Translations under genes and position numbers: made by a program | In this document: positions 1 through 10,183 of the stretch, piece by piece | Position numbering within the stretch: the first letter of the stretch is position 1 | How the letters are laid out: each line of letters opens with the position of its first letter | Assembly (NCBI GenBank): GCA_963850305.1 | Contig: CAWKKR010000004.1 | Span: forward strand, 512,001 to 576,000 | DNA from: an uncultured delta proteobacterium | GTDB taxonomy: Bacteria; Myxococcota_A; Polyangia; Polyangiales; Polyangiaceae | Direction of reading: 5' to 3' | DNA length: 64,000 nt | The notes under the pieces: model-generated | Databases searched by the model: none | What the model saw: only the letters and a program-made list of their open reading frames with translations | What the model was told of the DNA's origin: nothing

Positions 1-1965
1 CGCGCATTCATCGCCGCTCGCGCTCTGCGGACCCGCATCGACGACGGAGCGGGCGTGGTCGAGGCACGGCTCGAGCTCTCGCTCGTCGGCCAGGCACGGG
101 TGAAGTCGGCGCGCCTCGTCGTGGGCGATCGAGAATTGTCGCTCTCCGTCGATACGCGGTTCGGTACGGCTGTACTATCGGGCAAGCTTCGCCGGGAGAA
201 CGCGCCGCTCTGGTGGCCACATACGCACGGAGCGCAACCGCTGTTCACGACTGCGCTCGTCGTGGACTTCGACGACGGCGCCACGGTGCGTCGCGAACTC
301 GGCCACGTTGGGTTCCGGGATCTCTCGCTCGACACTTCGGACGGCGGCTTCTCGCTCTCGGTGAACGGAACGTCCGTCTTCTGTCGCGGCGCGTGCTGGA
401 CGCCGCTGGACATCGTCACGCTCGCGACGAATCCGGACGAATGCCGGCGTGCGCTGCGCCTCGCACGCGACGCGGGCATGAACATGATCCGCGTAGGCGG
501 TACCATGATCTACGAAGCCGACGTCTTCTACGACCTGTGTGACGAGCTCGGACTGCTCGTTTGGCAAGATTTCATGTTCGCGAACATGGACTACCCGGCA
601 ACCGACGACACGTTCATCGCGAACGTCCGTCGCGAAGCGCTCGAGATCCTCGGACGGCTCCAGCATCGCCCGAGCACGGCCGCCTTTTGCGGCAACAGCG
701 AGGTCGAGCAACAGGCCGCGATGCTCGGCCTCCCGCGAGACGTCTGGTCGAACGAACTGTTCGCTCGCATCTTGCCGGAGCTCGTTCGCGACTCGTGTCC
801 GGCGGTGCCTTACTTACCCTCGACACCGAGCGGCGGGGCCTTGCCGTTCCAGGTGAACGCGGGCGTCTCGCATTATTACGGCGTCGGCGCCTACGAGCGC
901 CCCTTCGACGACGCGCGCCGGAGTCGCGTTCGCTTCACGGCGGAGTGTCTCGCGTTCGCCAACGTGCCGGAAGCATCGACGCTCGACCGGCTCGCGCCCG
1001 ATGGCATCCCGCCCGTCCATGACCCGCGCTGGAAAGCGCGGGTGCCGCGCGACCGAGGCCCCGGCTGGGATTTCGACGACGTGCGCGATCATTACATGGC
1101 GCTCCTCTTCGGCGAAGCATCACGAGGCGTGCGCTATGGCGATCCGGAGCGTTACCTCGAGCTCGCGCGAGTGACCACTGGCGAGGCCATGGAGCGCGTC
1201 TTCTCCGAGTGGCGTCGGCCCGCATCGGTCACGCGGGGCGCGCTCGTCTGGTTTTATCGGGATCTGTGGCCCGGCGCTGGCTGGGGCGTCGTGGATTCGA
1301 TGGGGCGTCCGAAGGCCGCGTACTTCTACCTGCGGCGAGTACTCGCCTCACGTGTCATCGTCCTCTCCGACGAGGGGCTCGATGGCCTCTTTGCGCACAT
1401 CGTGAACGAGCGCGACGCCCCGTTCGATGCGGAGGTTCGAATGAGCCTGTATCGCCACGGTGAAACGCTCGTCACCGAGGGCACGTCGCGCCGAACGATC
1501 CCGTCGCGGAGCGGGTCGAGCTTCGGTCCGTCCGACTTCTTCGAAACGTTCGTCGACACGACGTACGCTTATCGATTCGGGCCTCCCGGTCATGATTTGG
1601 TCGCGGCGACTTTGTCGGACACGGCCACCGGGGAACGACTCGGTACGGCCTTTTACTGCCCCCTCGGGTTCGCAAAGGAACAGGAACCCGACGTCGGCCT
1701 CGACGCGTTCGCCGAACCCGCGGGCGCAACGTCGTTTTTCGTCGAGGTTTCGACGAAGCGCTTCGCGCAGTCAGTCTCGCTCGATGTTCGCGGCGGCGTC
1801 CCCGAGGACGACTATTTTCACCTCGCACCGGGCGACCGTCATCGGGTCCGCGTCGAAGTGACGTCACCCTCGGCGAAGCTTCAGGGCAGTGCGAAGGCGT
1901 TGAACGCGCACCGCGTCGTGAAGATCCGTCAAGGCGCCGGTCACGGCGGCTCCCACTCGAGTTGA
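1..1965 (+). CDS. Glycoside hydrolase family 2, beta-mannosidase-like (5'-truncated by window edge)
   Basis: Frame open from base 1. GH2 motifs WWPHTHGAQPL, GMNMIRVGG, FYDLCDELGLLVWQDFMFA, CGNSE and WGVVD..GRPK. Confidence 0.88.
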   Translation, partial: RAFIAARALRTRIDDGAGVVEARLELSLVGQARVKSARLVVGDRELSLSVDTRFGTAVLSGKLRRENAPLWWPHTHGAQPLFTTALVVDFDDGATVRRELGHVGFRDLSLDTSDGGFSLSVNGTSVFCRGACWTPLDIVTLATNPDECRRALRLARDAGMNMIRVGGTMIYEADVFYDLCDELGLLVWQDFMFANMDYPATDDTFIANVRREALEILGRLQHRPSTAAFCGNSEVEQQAAMLGLPRDVWSNELFARILPELVRDSCPAVPYLPSTPSGGALPFQVNAGVSHYYGVGAYERPFDDARRSRVRFTAECLAFANVPEASTLDRLAPDGIPPVHDPRWKARVPRDRGPGWDFDDVRDHYMALLFGEASRGVRYGDPERYLELARVTTGEAMERVFSEWRRPASVTRGALVWFYRDLWPGAGWGVVDSMGRPKAAYFYLRRVLASRVIVLSDEGLDGLFAHIVNERDAPFDAEVRMSLYRHGETLVTEGTSRRTIPSRSGSSFGPSDFFETFVDTTYAYRFGPPGHDLVAATLSDTATGERLGTAFYCPLGFAKEQEPDVGLDAFAEPAGATSFFVEVSTKRFAQSVSLDVRGGVPEDDYFHLAPGDRHRVRVEVTSPSAKLQGSAKALNAHRVVKIRQGAGHGGSHSS

Positions 1966-2086
1966 GCGGACGCCGTTCGGCCCCCAATGGGTGGGGGCCG
2001 AAAAGGGCCAGCAATCTGCTCGAACTCCGGGTCGCCGCCACGGTTTCCAAAGATCAGCTTGAATTTCGCTGTAACCTGGAGGTTGC

Positions 2087-2785
2087 TCAGCACCGCGTCG
2101 TGATCGTCACGAGGAACCGCTTCAGCGCCCGGAGCGCGACGAGCGGGATCTCGTGTCCGCCATCGAAGGGGACCCACGTGACGGCCAGGCCGCCCCTGAC
2201 GAGATCGTCTCGCAGGCGCTCCGCAGCGTGAAAGGACAGATCGGGGTCCGCGCGCCCGTGCGCGATGAATGCCGGCAAGCCGCGGCGTGTCTCGTATCGG
2301 CTTGCCCAGACGTCCTTGCGAATCCGGGCACCCGCGAGCTGCACCACGCCGCCAAGCGCGCGCTCCGAACTGAGCGCGAGATCGCAGCTCAGCATGGCGC
2401 CCTGCGAGAATCCGCCGACGATCACGCACGGCGGTCGGTAGGTCTCCGTGAGCGCATCGAGCACACCCTCGAGCCTCTTCCGCGCCGCGGGCAACCCCGG
2501 CGGATCGATGTCCGAGAGGTCCCGCGGCTCGCCACGCTCCATCGCCGCTGCCCGGCCCTCCTCGTCGATCGACCACCAGGCGCGGCCTCCGCGCGGACCC
2601 CGATGGGCAGCGAGCGGCCCTTCGGGAAACGCAAACAGCAATGGCAGGCCGAACGACGCCGCAAACGGTGACAGGTCGCGGGCAAACCCGTCGTAGCCAT
2701 GCAAAAGCACGACCAGGGGCGTCTCGCGGGGCGGCGCCCCGTCATTCAACGTAACCCGAAGCCCCGCAATCGAAACGTCGCGCAT
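2087..2785 (-). CDS. Phospholipase/carboxylesterase (alpha/beta hydrolase)
   Basis: LLHGY oxyanion segment, GFSQG nucleophile elbow, HGRADP and GGHEI (Ser-Asp-His triad). Confidence 0.85.
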   Translation of the reverse strand: MRDVSIAGLRVTLNDGAPPRETPLVVLLHGYDGFARDLSPFAASFGLPLLFAFPEGPLAAHRGPRGGRAWWSIDEEGRAAAMERGEPRDLSDIDPPGLPAARKRLEGVLDALTETYRPPCVIVGGFSQGAMLSCDLALSSERALGGVVQLAGARIRKDVWASRYETRRGLPAFIAHGRADPDLSFHAAERLRDDLVRGGLAVTWVPFDGGHEIPLVALRALKRFLVTITTRC

Positions 2786-2788
2786 CGT

Positions 2789-3283
2789 TCACAAGAGCAG
2801 TCGTTGCAGCTCCTCGGAGCGCGCGTCGTCGATGCCGAGCGCGGCGGCGAGATCGTCCAGGAACACGTTCTCCGACATCGATACGTCTTTGTCCGCGTAA
2901 GCGATCGCAGACGCGAGCACATACCCCACTTCCCCGCGAACGGGATCTTCGGAGAACTCGCGGGCGAGGGCCGCGATCCGCGCCGCGCCGCCGTCGACGG
3001 CGTGTCGCTCTTCGGCCGAGCGAAGCATGGCCGCGAAGTGACGAGTGTGGATTCGCGAATCGAGCTCGCGCAGCGCGCCGCGAAGGACATCGATCTCGGC
3101 CTGCTCGATGGCGCCATCGGCGCTCATGGCGAGAAACATGACCTCGCAGAGCGGGCCATACTCCTGAATGAGCATCTCCGATTCCGCGTCGTCGCCCGGT
3201 GCTCGGACGACGGACGGCGGCGCTCCTCGCTCTCGGAGTCGCTCGCTCAATGCCTGAATCTTCTCCGGGCTGAGGCGAAGCAT
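2789..3283 (-). CDS. TerB-like (tellurite resistance TerB fold) protein
   Basis: Paired ADG.I...E and AD..VS.SE..FL..LA..LGI motifs. Start moved to ATG at 3283. Confidence 0.7.
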   Translation of the reverse strand: MLRLSPEKIQALSERLRERGAPPSVVRAPGDDAESEMLIQEYGPLCEVMFLAMSADGAIEQAEIDVLRGALRELDSRIHTRHFAAMLRSAEERHAVDGGAARIAALAREFSEDPVRGEVGYVLASAIAYADKDVSMSENVFLDDLAAALGIDDARSEELQRLLL

Positions 3284-3350
3284 GACGCACCGAGCGTACT
3301 CCTGACGCCACGGGGGCGCGAGATCTGCCAGCGTCGGGACCCTACACTGC

Positions 3351-3755
3351 TCACTGGCGGGTCTGCGCCACAAGCTCGCGAACGGCTCGGTCGAGCTCTT
3401 CCAAAGATACGTCCTTGCGAACGAAAATCCCAAGAGCCGATGCGCGGGTCTGCTCGAATCTGTCGGCGGTAGCGCTGAAGAATATAGCGCTCAGCACGCG
3501 TCTCGTGCGGAGCATGCGCGCAGCGAGCACGATTCCGTCGCGCCAGCCGAGGTGGATGTCGAAGATCCCGCAGTCGAAAGGCTCCTCGCGCGACGCGATT
3601 TCCGCTTCTTCGGGACTTTCCGCGGTGCGAACGGAGCAGCCACGGCGCGCGAGAAATCGGGCGAGGCTCTCGGCGAGCAGCTCATTGTCATCGACGACCA
3701 GGATTCGAAATGGACGAGCGGCAATTTCGCGCCCCGAACCTTCGTTTACTTGCAC
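3351..3755 (-). CDS. Single-domain response regulator (receiver)
   Basis: RILVVDD, phosphoacceptor FDIHL, DGI, FFSA and K in VRKD. GTG start at 3755 follows an AGGGGG RBS-like run. Confidence 0.8.
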   Translation of the reverse strand: MQVNEGSGREIAARPFRILVVDDNELLAESLARFLARRGCSVRTAESPEEAEIASREEPFDCGIFDIHLGWRDGIVLAARMLRTRRVLSAIFFSATADRFEQTRASALGIFVRKDVSLEELDRAVRELVAQTRQ

Positions 3756-3864
3756 AAGTCCCCCTTTTTCCCTCGGAACGCCACCGAGATTCAACACTAT
3801 CGAATCCTTTGTCAATGCTATAAGATGTTCCTCGGCGGTAAGGAAGTCGCGATAGCTCGTCGCC

Positions 3865-4173
3865 GTGAAATTCGGACAAGAGATCCGGCGACGGAGAAAA
3901 GGACTCGGCATGACGATCGAACAACTCGCCGAACAGTCGGGGCTGACGCCCAACTACGTGGGCACGATCGAAGCGGGGCAACGTGATCCGTCGCTCAGCA
4001 CCGTGCTCGCTCTCGCCCGCGGCCTCTCCATCGCACCTGGCGAACTGCTAGGCGGGACACCGAAACTCTCGGGAGCAGCCGTCGAAGCCGCTGCTCTCTT
4101 CGACGGCGCAGCGGGAGAAGTCCAGGACGCGCTTCTCCGGCTTCTTCGCGCCGTCCCTAAAAAACGCAAGTGA
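3865..4173 (+). CDS. XRE/Cro-family HTH transcriptional regulator
   Basis: IRRRRKGLGMTIEQLAEQSGLTPNYVGTIEAGQRDPSLSTVLALARGL is a classic HTH_3 pattern. Divergent from the receiver gene across an AT-rich spacer. Confidence 0.9.
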   Translation: MKFGQEIRRRRKGLGMTIEQLAEQSGLTPNYVGTIEAGQRDPSLSTVLALARGLSIAPGELLGGTPKLSGAAVEAAALFDGAAGEVQDALLRLLRAVPKKRK

Positions 4174-4224
4174 CCGAGCTCGGAGGCGTTGCGGCGGAGC
4201 GAGAGCACTGATTGAATATTCAGC

Positions 4225-4596
4225 ATGCTGCCCCTCGCGACACCGTCCGCCACACCATCGCCGCAGCTTTGCCTTCTCGTGAATGAGCCCGCTCGTCCTC
4301 CATGGCCCGCCGCGGAAACAGGCGAGGACTTCTGGCGTGCGATCGACGCGCTGCTGGATCGGGACGGGCCGAGTCGCACCCGGAATCGAGAAATCGCGCG
4401 ACGGCAGGCGGTGCTCCAGGGAATCGTGACCGAGGACGCCTGGCGCGAATATTTGCTGCTGGAGGACGCGCAATCGCGACGGTGTTTGCGATGGCTATGG
4501 CTCGTCGCTCAGTGGGCCCATGAGGAAGGCCGGCGCTCCACGACTTCGGAGGCCGACTCGACGGCGACCCGAGGCCGGCGGCGCGGCACGCGGTAA
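4225..4596 (+). CDS. Hypothetical protein
   Basis: 123-aa ORF directly downstream of the XRE gene and filling the gap. No motif recognised. Confidence 0.45.
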   Translation: MLPLATPSATPSPQLCLLVNEPARPPWPAAETGEDFWRAIDALLDRDGPSRTRNREIARRQAVLQGIVTEDAWREYLLLEDAQSRRCLRWLWLVAQWAHEEGRRSTTSEADSTATRGRRRGTR

Positions 4597-4602
4597 CGGG
4601 CA

Positions 4603-5379
4603 TCAGCCAAACTGGACGGACCGTCGCGTGAACGCACCGTCCATCCAGAATCCGGTGATGGGAAACGTCACTGGCGTCGGGTGCGCGGCCGCCGCACCGG
4701 CGGAGACGAGCAGGGGCGCATAGTGTTCCCACGTCGGCAGCGCGGTCGCCGCGGCGGGCGCGCGACGCCGAAAATCCATGAGGGCGTCGACGTCGAGACG
4801 CGCGAGGTTGTCGGCGGCCCAGGCGTCGAACTCACGAGCCCACGCGGGGACGCCTCTCTTGAACGCATAGCTCATATTGTGCGTCAGAAATCCGCTCCCG
4901 AAAATCAACACGCCCTCGTCGCGAAGCGGCGCGAGCGCCGCGCCGAGCGCGACGAGTCTCTGCGGCTCCAGCCCCGGCATCGATATTTGCAGCACTGGAA
5001 CGTCGGCCCGCGGATACATCGCGACGAGCGGGACGTAAGCGCCGTGGTCGAGTCCGCGGCGCGGTTCGTCGGTGACCGCGACGTCCGCAGCCTTCAGGAG
5101 CTCGCGAACCCGCGACGCGACGCCGGGCGCTCCGGGTGACGCGTAGCGCGTCTCGTAGTAGCGCGGCGGAAAGCCGTAAAAGTCGTACACGAGTGGCACC
5201 GTCGCGGTCGCTCCGATCGTGACGGGCCGCTGATCCCAGTGAGCGGACACCACGAGGACCGCCGTCGGGGTCGGCATCGCGCGTGCCCACTCTCCGAGCT
5301 CCGCCATCCACTCCGCGTCGTCGAGCAACACGGGCGCGCCGTGGGCGGCGAAGATCACGGGCATCCGCGCCGCTACCAT
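4603..5379 (-). CDS. Class III extradiol ring-cleavage dioxygenase (LigB/DODA/YgiD-like)
   Basis: HGAP, VSAHW, YDFYGFP, RGLDHG, GSG.LTHN and PT.EHY.PL motifs. Confidence 0.9.
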   Translation of the reverse strand: MVAARMPVIFAAHGAPVLLDDAEWMAELGEWARAMPTPTAVLVVSAHWDQRPVTIGATATVPLVYDFYGFPPRYYETRYASPGAPGVASRVRELLKAADVAVTDEPRRGLDHGAYVPLVAMYPRADVPVLQISMPGLEPQRLVALGAALAPLRDEGVLIFGSGFLTHNMSYAFKRGVPAWAREFDAWAADNLARLDVDALMDFRRRAPAAATALPTWEHYAPLLVSAGAAAAHPTPVTFPITGFWMDGAFTRRSVQFG

Positions 5380-5422
5380 CGCGCCGACCCCGGAGCCGTC
5401 CTCACCATCCGATTCTCGCTCA

Positions 5423-6283
5423 TCACGAGCCCCTGACGATCGCGTCCTTCGCGATGACGGTCCAGTCGCTCTTGCCATGCCCGGACTCGATGAAACGATC
5501 CATTACCTTGGCGATCGCCGGGAGTACGGCGAGCGAAGCGCCATGCGCCGCAGCCTCCTCCAGCATCAGCCGCGCGTCCTTGCGGGCCATTCGGAGCTCC
5601 CACGACGGGTGGTCGAAGTCCGCTCCGAGAATCCGTTCGAGGCGCGCTTGCATGGTCACGGCCGGGTTGAAGAACTCGAAGAGCCGCGCGGCCTCCTCGG
5701 GCCGCACCCCGACGGCGTTTCCGAGCGCAAAAAAGTCGGCGAGCCCCGACGTCAGGAACATCAGGAAGGAGTTGCCGAGCAGCTTGAAGGCCGCCGCACG
5801 CTCGGGCTCCGCGCCGACATACACGAGCCGCCCCGTCATCTTCTCGAGCACGGAAGCGAGCGCGTCGAACCGCGGCTTGTCGCCCGACCCGAGCATGACG
5901 CCAGTCGATTCGAGCGCGTTCTGCGGACCCATGAACACCGGCGCATGCAGAAACTGGATGCCACGTGCGCTCCATCGTTCGGCGCGCGCGCGGGTTCCCG
6001 TCGGTGACGTCGTGGTGTGATCCACGATGACGGCGCTCGCCGACAGCCCGGGGCGGAGCCGCTCGAGCACGTCATCGACGGCCGCGTCGTCCGAGAGCGT
6101 CAGATGAACGCGTGTCGCGCCCCGCGCCGCCTCGGCAGGATCGTCGACCGGCGTCGCGCCTTCCGCGACGAGGGCCCGCGCGCGCTCCGGGTTGCGGTTC
6201 CAGACTCTGACGGCCTCGCCCCGGCGACGGAGAGCGCGCACGAAGTTCGACCCGAGAAGACCCATTCCGTAAAACGCGATCAT
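5423..6283 (-). CDS. NAD(P)-dependent oxidoreductase, 3-hydroxyisobutyrate/6PGD family
   Basis: GMGLLG Rossmann motif, WNRN, DHTTTSP, APV.MG and catalytic FKLLGN. Confidence 0.85.
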   Translation of the reverse strand: MIAFYGMGLLGSNFVRALRRRGEAVRVWNRNPERARALVAEGATPVDDPAEAARGATRVHLTLSDDAAVDDVLERLRPGLSASAVIVDHTTTSPTGTRARAERWSARGIQFLHAPVFMGPQNALESTGVMLGSGDKPRFDALASVLEKMTGRLVYVGAEPERAAAFKLLGNSFLMFLTSGLADFFALGNAVGVRPEEAARLFEFFNPAVTMQARLERILGADFDHPSWELRMARKDARLMLEEAAAHGASLAVLPAIAKVMDRFIESGHGKSDWTVIAKDAIVRGS

Positions 6284-6351
6284 GGGGCTCTCTTAGAGCT
6301 AAACCCGTCGGAAGGCGAGCCAGCGGGGCGCCCGGATGCCGGAAAGAACCT

Positions 6352-7659
6352 TCACTTCAGTGCGGCGGCGGCCTGGGCGCTCACCGTCGCAATGAGATCG
6401 TCGAGCTCGAGATTGTAATCGGCGAGATGCGTCCCGAAGCCGAGCGCTTCGCTCGGGGTGTTTCGGTAAGCCGGTATGGCGCGTTCGTCGCCCGCGCTCT
6501 GGTTCGGATACACCTGGAGAAATGTGTACTTGCCGCTCGTGACGCAGGTTCCAGCGAAGAGATCGCTCGCCATCGTGAACGGCGTATTCACGTGCGGCAA
6601 TGTCGTCGCCGGCTCATTCGGTGCGAGCCCGACGTCGTAGAACTTCGTCGGCGAGTAGCTGCCGGCGAAGTTGCCCGAGTTCCCCGCGAGGAGCGCAGGA
6701 TTCGTGCAGGCGTCCTGTTGACCCGCAGCCGCGGTCCCGAAGAGCGAGTCTGGCGGGGGCGGCGCGTCCTTGGCGAAGCTGTTGTAGGCGACGATGCATC
6801 CGACCTGCCCCTGGGTCGTGCAGATCGGAACGTTCGCGAACGTCCCTCCGACGGCCTTGCCGACGGGCACGTCGATGGCTCCGCCGATGAGCAGCGCGGA
6901 GATCATGTTCGATCGCATCGTCGGGTCATTGTCGAAGAGATTTTGCATCAGCGTCGTCAGCACGAACGTGCCCTGGGAGTGCCCCATCAGCACGAACTTC
7001 CGGCCGTTGTTGTAGTGCGCGAGGTAGTACTGAAAGGCGGCCTCGACGTCGGCGTACGCGAGGGCCGAGTTGCCGGTGAAGCCGACCCCTGCTTCGCCCC
7101 CGCTCGCCGCGGCGTCGCCCTCGGCCGTCCCGGCCGCCGGCGCAGTGAGCGACAGGGACACCTGTCGATACAGCGGCGCGTACACCTTGCAGATCCGCGT
7201 GAAGCGCGCAGCCTGACTCAGTAACGGATCCAGGATCAAGTCCACGTTGGCGTCCGAGAAATCCGTCATGTTGCCATCCCCCGAGAGATCGACGGTCGGA
7301 TAGACGTAGAAGCAATCGAACGGCGGATCCTTCGCCGGGACGTGGCGATCGAGCCGCTTCGAGCCGTCCTTCAGGAACTCCGTCGCGTCGAGGTCCACGA
7401 GACACTCGTTCGGACTCGTGCCGGGCAGGCAGAGCCACGCCGCGGGATCGCTGAAGTCGAGCGGCGCGTCGCCGACGGCCGTCACGGCGCTCCGGTCGAC
7501 CTTCGGCGGCGCGCCGTCGAACGCGGCGTCCAGACCGCCCGCGTCCATCGAGGGCTGCACGCCGGAATCCGTTCCTTCCGTCCCGAGGCTCTTCGAACTC
7601 GAGCCACACCCCGAGAGCACCGTCACGCCGATTGCGAAAATGAAGCCATGCCGGATCAT
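6352..7659 (-). CDS. DUF3089-like alpha/beta-hydrolase lipoprotein
   Basis: Lipobox LSGC; WLCLP, DCFYVYPT, YAPLYRQ, AF.YYL.HYNNGR.FVL.GHSQG, CTNP and H..DY motifs. Confidence 0.8.
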   Translation of the reverse strand: MIRHGFIFAIGVTVLSGCGSSSKSLGTEGTDSGVQPSMDAGGLDAAFDGAPPKVDRSAVTAVGDAPLDFSDPAAWLCLPGTSPNECLVDLDATEFLKDGSKRLDRHVPAKDPPFDCFYVYPTVDLSGDGNMTDFSDANVDLILDPLLSQAARFTRICKVYAPLYRQVSLSLTAPAAGTAEGDAAASGGEAGVGFTGNSALAYADVEAAFQYYLAHYNNGRKFVLMGHSQGTFVLTTLMQNLFDNDPTMRSNMISALLIGGAIDVPVGKAVGGTFANVPICTTQGQVGCIVAYNSFAKDAPPPPDSLFGTAAAGQQDACTNPALLAGNSGNFAGSYSPTKFYDVGLAPNEPATTLPHVNTPFTMASDLFAGTCVTSGKYTFLQVYPNQSAGDERAIPAYRNTPSEALGFGTHLADYNLELDDLIATVSAQAAAALK

Positions 7660-7746
7660 GAAGCCGTCCCTCCGAGCCGCGCCGAATGCGACGCTGGCCG
7701 GCGTCTAGCATCGTCACGCCCGGACGGGAACGACGGACCCGTCGCG

Positions 7747-9105
7747 TCAGGGCGTCCCTGCGTCCGGCATGCCAGGGATCACGGCCTTGCACGTGTTCGC
7801 GATGCACTTCGGCATGCCCGGGAACGCGCAGGGCAAGGCCAGCGTGTGGCACCCGGCGTCCACGAATGGGACGCAGAGCGTTTGCTCGATGTCCGTCAGT
7901 TCCACGGCGAGATCGGCGAGGCCGGACTTCGAGATCAGCGTGCCGCACCCGCCCTCGCACGACACGAGCGATTGGATCGCACAGTCCGAGTCCTGCGTGC
8001 ACGAACGGCCGGGGCTCGCCTCGTATCCGCCGACGGCCTGCTCGATCTGCGTCGTGCGATCGTCGCAGGTCGGCGGCGTCGTGCCGCCGCCCTGGACGTT
8101 GATCGGTGGGATCTCGCAAGTCCCACCGACGCACGTGGGTACGCCTTCCGCCGGGCACCCGGAGAGACCCGGACCAACGCAACCTGCCTGGAAGAAGTCC
8201 CCGCAATATTGCTGCGCAATTCCCGAGAGCTGCGCGGCGATGGACGCCGACCCGGACGCCGCGACGGCAACCTGGGTGCAGCTATCGCCGTAGCACTCAT
8301 TCCCGAGCGTCATCGCGGTGCAATCGGCGTCGGCCTTGCAGGCTCGATCCGCGCCGGCAAATACCGCCGCAACCTCGGGGCTCATCTCCGCGGTTCGGTC
8401 CTCGCACGTCACGACGCCACCGTCCGCGTGCGACACGAGGACCGGCGCCTTGCAGAAGCCGCCCGTACAAACGGAGTTCGTCCCGAGCGATGCGCAATCG
8501 GAATCGGTCGTGCACACGATGGCGCAACCTTCTCCTTGAAACGTCACCTGACTGTTCACGCACGCGGACGTCATGCTGTATTCGGTCGGGCAGGTCGCGA
8601 GCGCAGAGAACCTGGTGCAGTCGGTCGTCGCGGTGCACGGCGCCGTGCAAAGGCCGCAAAAACACCGGAGCCCACTTCCGCAGTCCGCGTCGCTCAGGCA
8701 CACGGATGACCAGGCGCCGTCATGCGACCCGCCGTCGGCCGGCGGAGTCGATGTCGTGTTCTGGCATCGCGCGCCGGAACAGGTGAGGGCCGCCCCCGCG
8801 ATGGCGCAGTCCGCGTCTTTCGAACACGCGAGCGCGCACGAGCGGCTCGTGGCGGCACACGACACGCTGGTCGACACCGGAGCCGCGCAGCTTGCGGCGC
8901 TCGAAAGCGCGCTGCAATCCGACGCGCTCGCGCACGGCTTCGTGCAGGAGCCGCAGATGCACTGAAAGCCATTCGTGCAATCGGAGTCCGCCACGCACGT
9001 CGTGAGCCAGTTCGAGTTGCTTCCGGTTCGATCCGTCGCCCCGCCGCACGCGCCGGCGAGGGTTCCCCCCAATAATCCCAGGAACACGAGCTTAGCGATC
9101 TTCAC
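7747..9105 (-). CDS. Cysteine-rich repeat lipoprotein (myxobacterial type)
   Basis: Lipobox LAGAC and repeated C..D.DC...C..G.C units. GTG start overlaps the upstream stop (GTGA). Confidence 0.75.
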   Translation of the reverse strand: MKIAKLVFLGLLGGTLAGACGGATDRTGSNSNWLTTCVADSDCTNGFQCICGSCTKPCASASDCSALSSAASCAAPVSTSVSCAATSRSCALACSKDADCAIAGAALTCSGARCQNTTSTPPADGGSHDGAWSSVCLSDADCGSGLRCFCGLCTAPCTATTDCTRFSALATCPTEYSMTSACVNSQVTFQGEGCAIVCTTDSDCASLGTNSVCTGGFCKAPVLVSHADGGVVTCEDRTAEMSPEVAAVFAGADRACKADADCTAMTLGNECYGDSCTQVAVAASGSASIAAQLSGIAQQYCGDFFQAGCVGPGLSGCPAEGVPTCVGGTCEIPPINVQGGGTTPPTCDDRTTQIEQAVGGYEASPGRSCTQDSDCAIQSLVSCEGGCGTLISKSGLADLAVELTDIEQTLCVPFVDAGCHTLALPCAFPGMPKCIANTCKAVIPGMPDAGTP

Positions 9106-10091
9106 GGTGCCTCCTCGCGACCAGGGTCATCCGGTCGCTCCACATTTTGCCCGAAGTAGACGGTCACTTTGACCTTGGTCGAGTCATCGACGGGGTGTTT
9201 CTCGTTGTGTTGCATCACGCGCGCCCACACGTCGTTCACGTCCTTGCGAACGCGCTCGAGGAGTCCATAGACCTCGTCCTCGTGGGGGTGACCCGGCGCG
9301 ACCTCGAACGTGAGCGTCGCGCCGCCGACGACATCCTTCGCGTCGGAGCGCGCTCCGCGGCGGAGCTTCGAGATGATGGCGTTTGCGACGGCGCTGAAGT
9401 GGTCGAACACCGCCGCTTCCCATCCCTGTTCCGATCCGACCGGGACGAGGAACGTTTCCGCGGAAAGGCGTCCATTCGTGTTCTCGATCCGGCCGTCGGC
9501 CATTAGCGTCGCGATCGCACCGTCCACGAGCGATCCCGCAAAGGGCAAGCTCTGCACCAGCTCGGCGCGGGTGCGCGGGCGTCGATAGAGGGCGGCCCAG
9601 ACCATCGACGTCGCGGTGTCGTGCCGGGCGTGCTCCGCGATGCGACCGCGGTCGGTTTCCGACGAGACGCCGTAGACGGCCGTCTTTCCCTTCCCCGTGG
9701 AATACGCGAGCCCCTGGCTCACGAGATCCGCGAGCACGGCCGCGATGTCGTGCTCCGGGTCACGCCGGAAGTGCTCGAAGATGCGCTCGCGCGAGGCGCC
9801 GCCCTCCTCGGACAGGAAGTCGAGCACGGCTTCCCACAAGGTCCGCTCGCGGACGGTCGCGCTCTCGGTCAATCGCTGGACCTTCTTCTGATAGCTCCGC
9901 AGCGCGAGCCCGAACATGTCCGCCACGAGCTTGCGCCCGACGCCTTGCGACTCGATCTCGGCGGCGAGATCCAGGAAAACCTGGTCCGCGACGTGCGCGA
10001 GCGGTGCGCGAATACCCGCGGCCGTCGAGAGCTGCGCGATGAGGACGGTCGTCTGCCGGACGATCGCGTCGATGAGGAGCTTCGCATCCAT
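9102..10091 (-). CDS. Conserved hypothetical protein with HTH/winged-helix-like segments (possibly DUF6502-like)
   Basis: Good codon usage. VGRKLVADMFGLALRSYQKK is HTH-like and two further wHTH-like segments follow. Family assignment is from memory only. Confidence 0.55.
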   Translation of the reverse strand: MDAKLLIDAIVRQTTVLIAQLSTAAGIRAPLAHVADQVFLDLAAEIESQGVGRKLVADMFGLALRSYQKKVQRLTESATVRERTLWEAVLDFLSEEGGASRERIFEHFRRDPEHDIAAVLADLVSQGLAYSTGKGKTAVYGVSSETDRGRIAEHARHDTATSMVWAALYRRPRTRAELVQSLPFAGSLVDGAIATLMADGRIENTNGRLSAETFLVPVGSEQGWEAAVFDHFSAVANAIISKLRRGARSDAKDVVGGATLTFEVAPGHPHEDEVYGLLERVRKDVNDVWARVMQHNEKHPVDDSTKVKVTVYFGQNVERPDDPGREEAP

Positions 10092-10183
10092 CGAGTTTCG
10101 ATGTGTACCCGGGTTCGCCGGGACGCGGCAGATGTCCAGAAGTTCACCGGGGATTTGACGACCCCGCCCTGGCCGGGCGTACG

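Noticed and set aside
2789..4596. Defence or toxin-antitoxin module (TerB, receiver, XRE, hypothetical)
   Set aside because: No recognisable toxin, nuclease or ATPase motif; only generic regulators.
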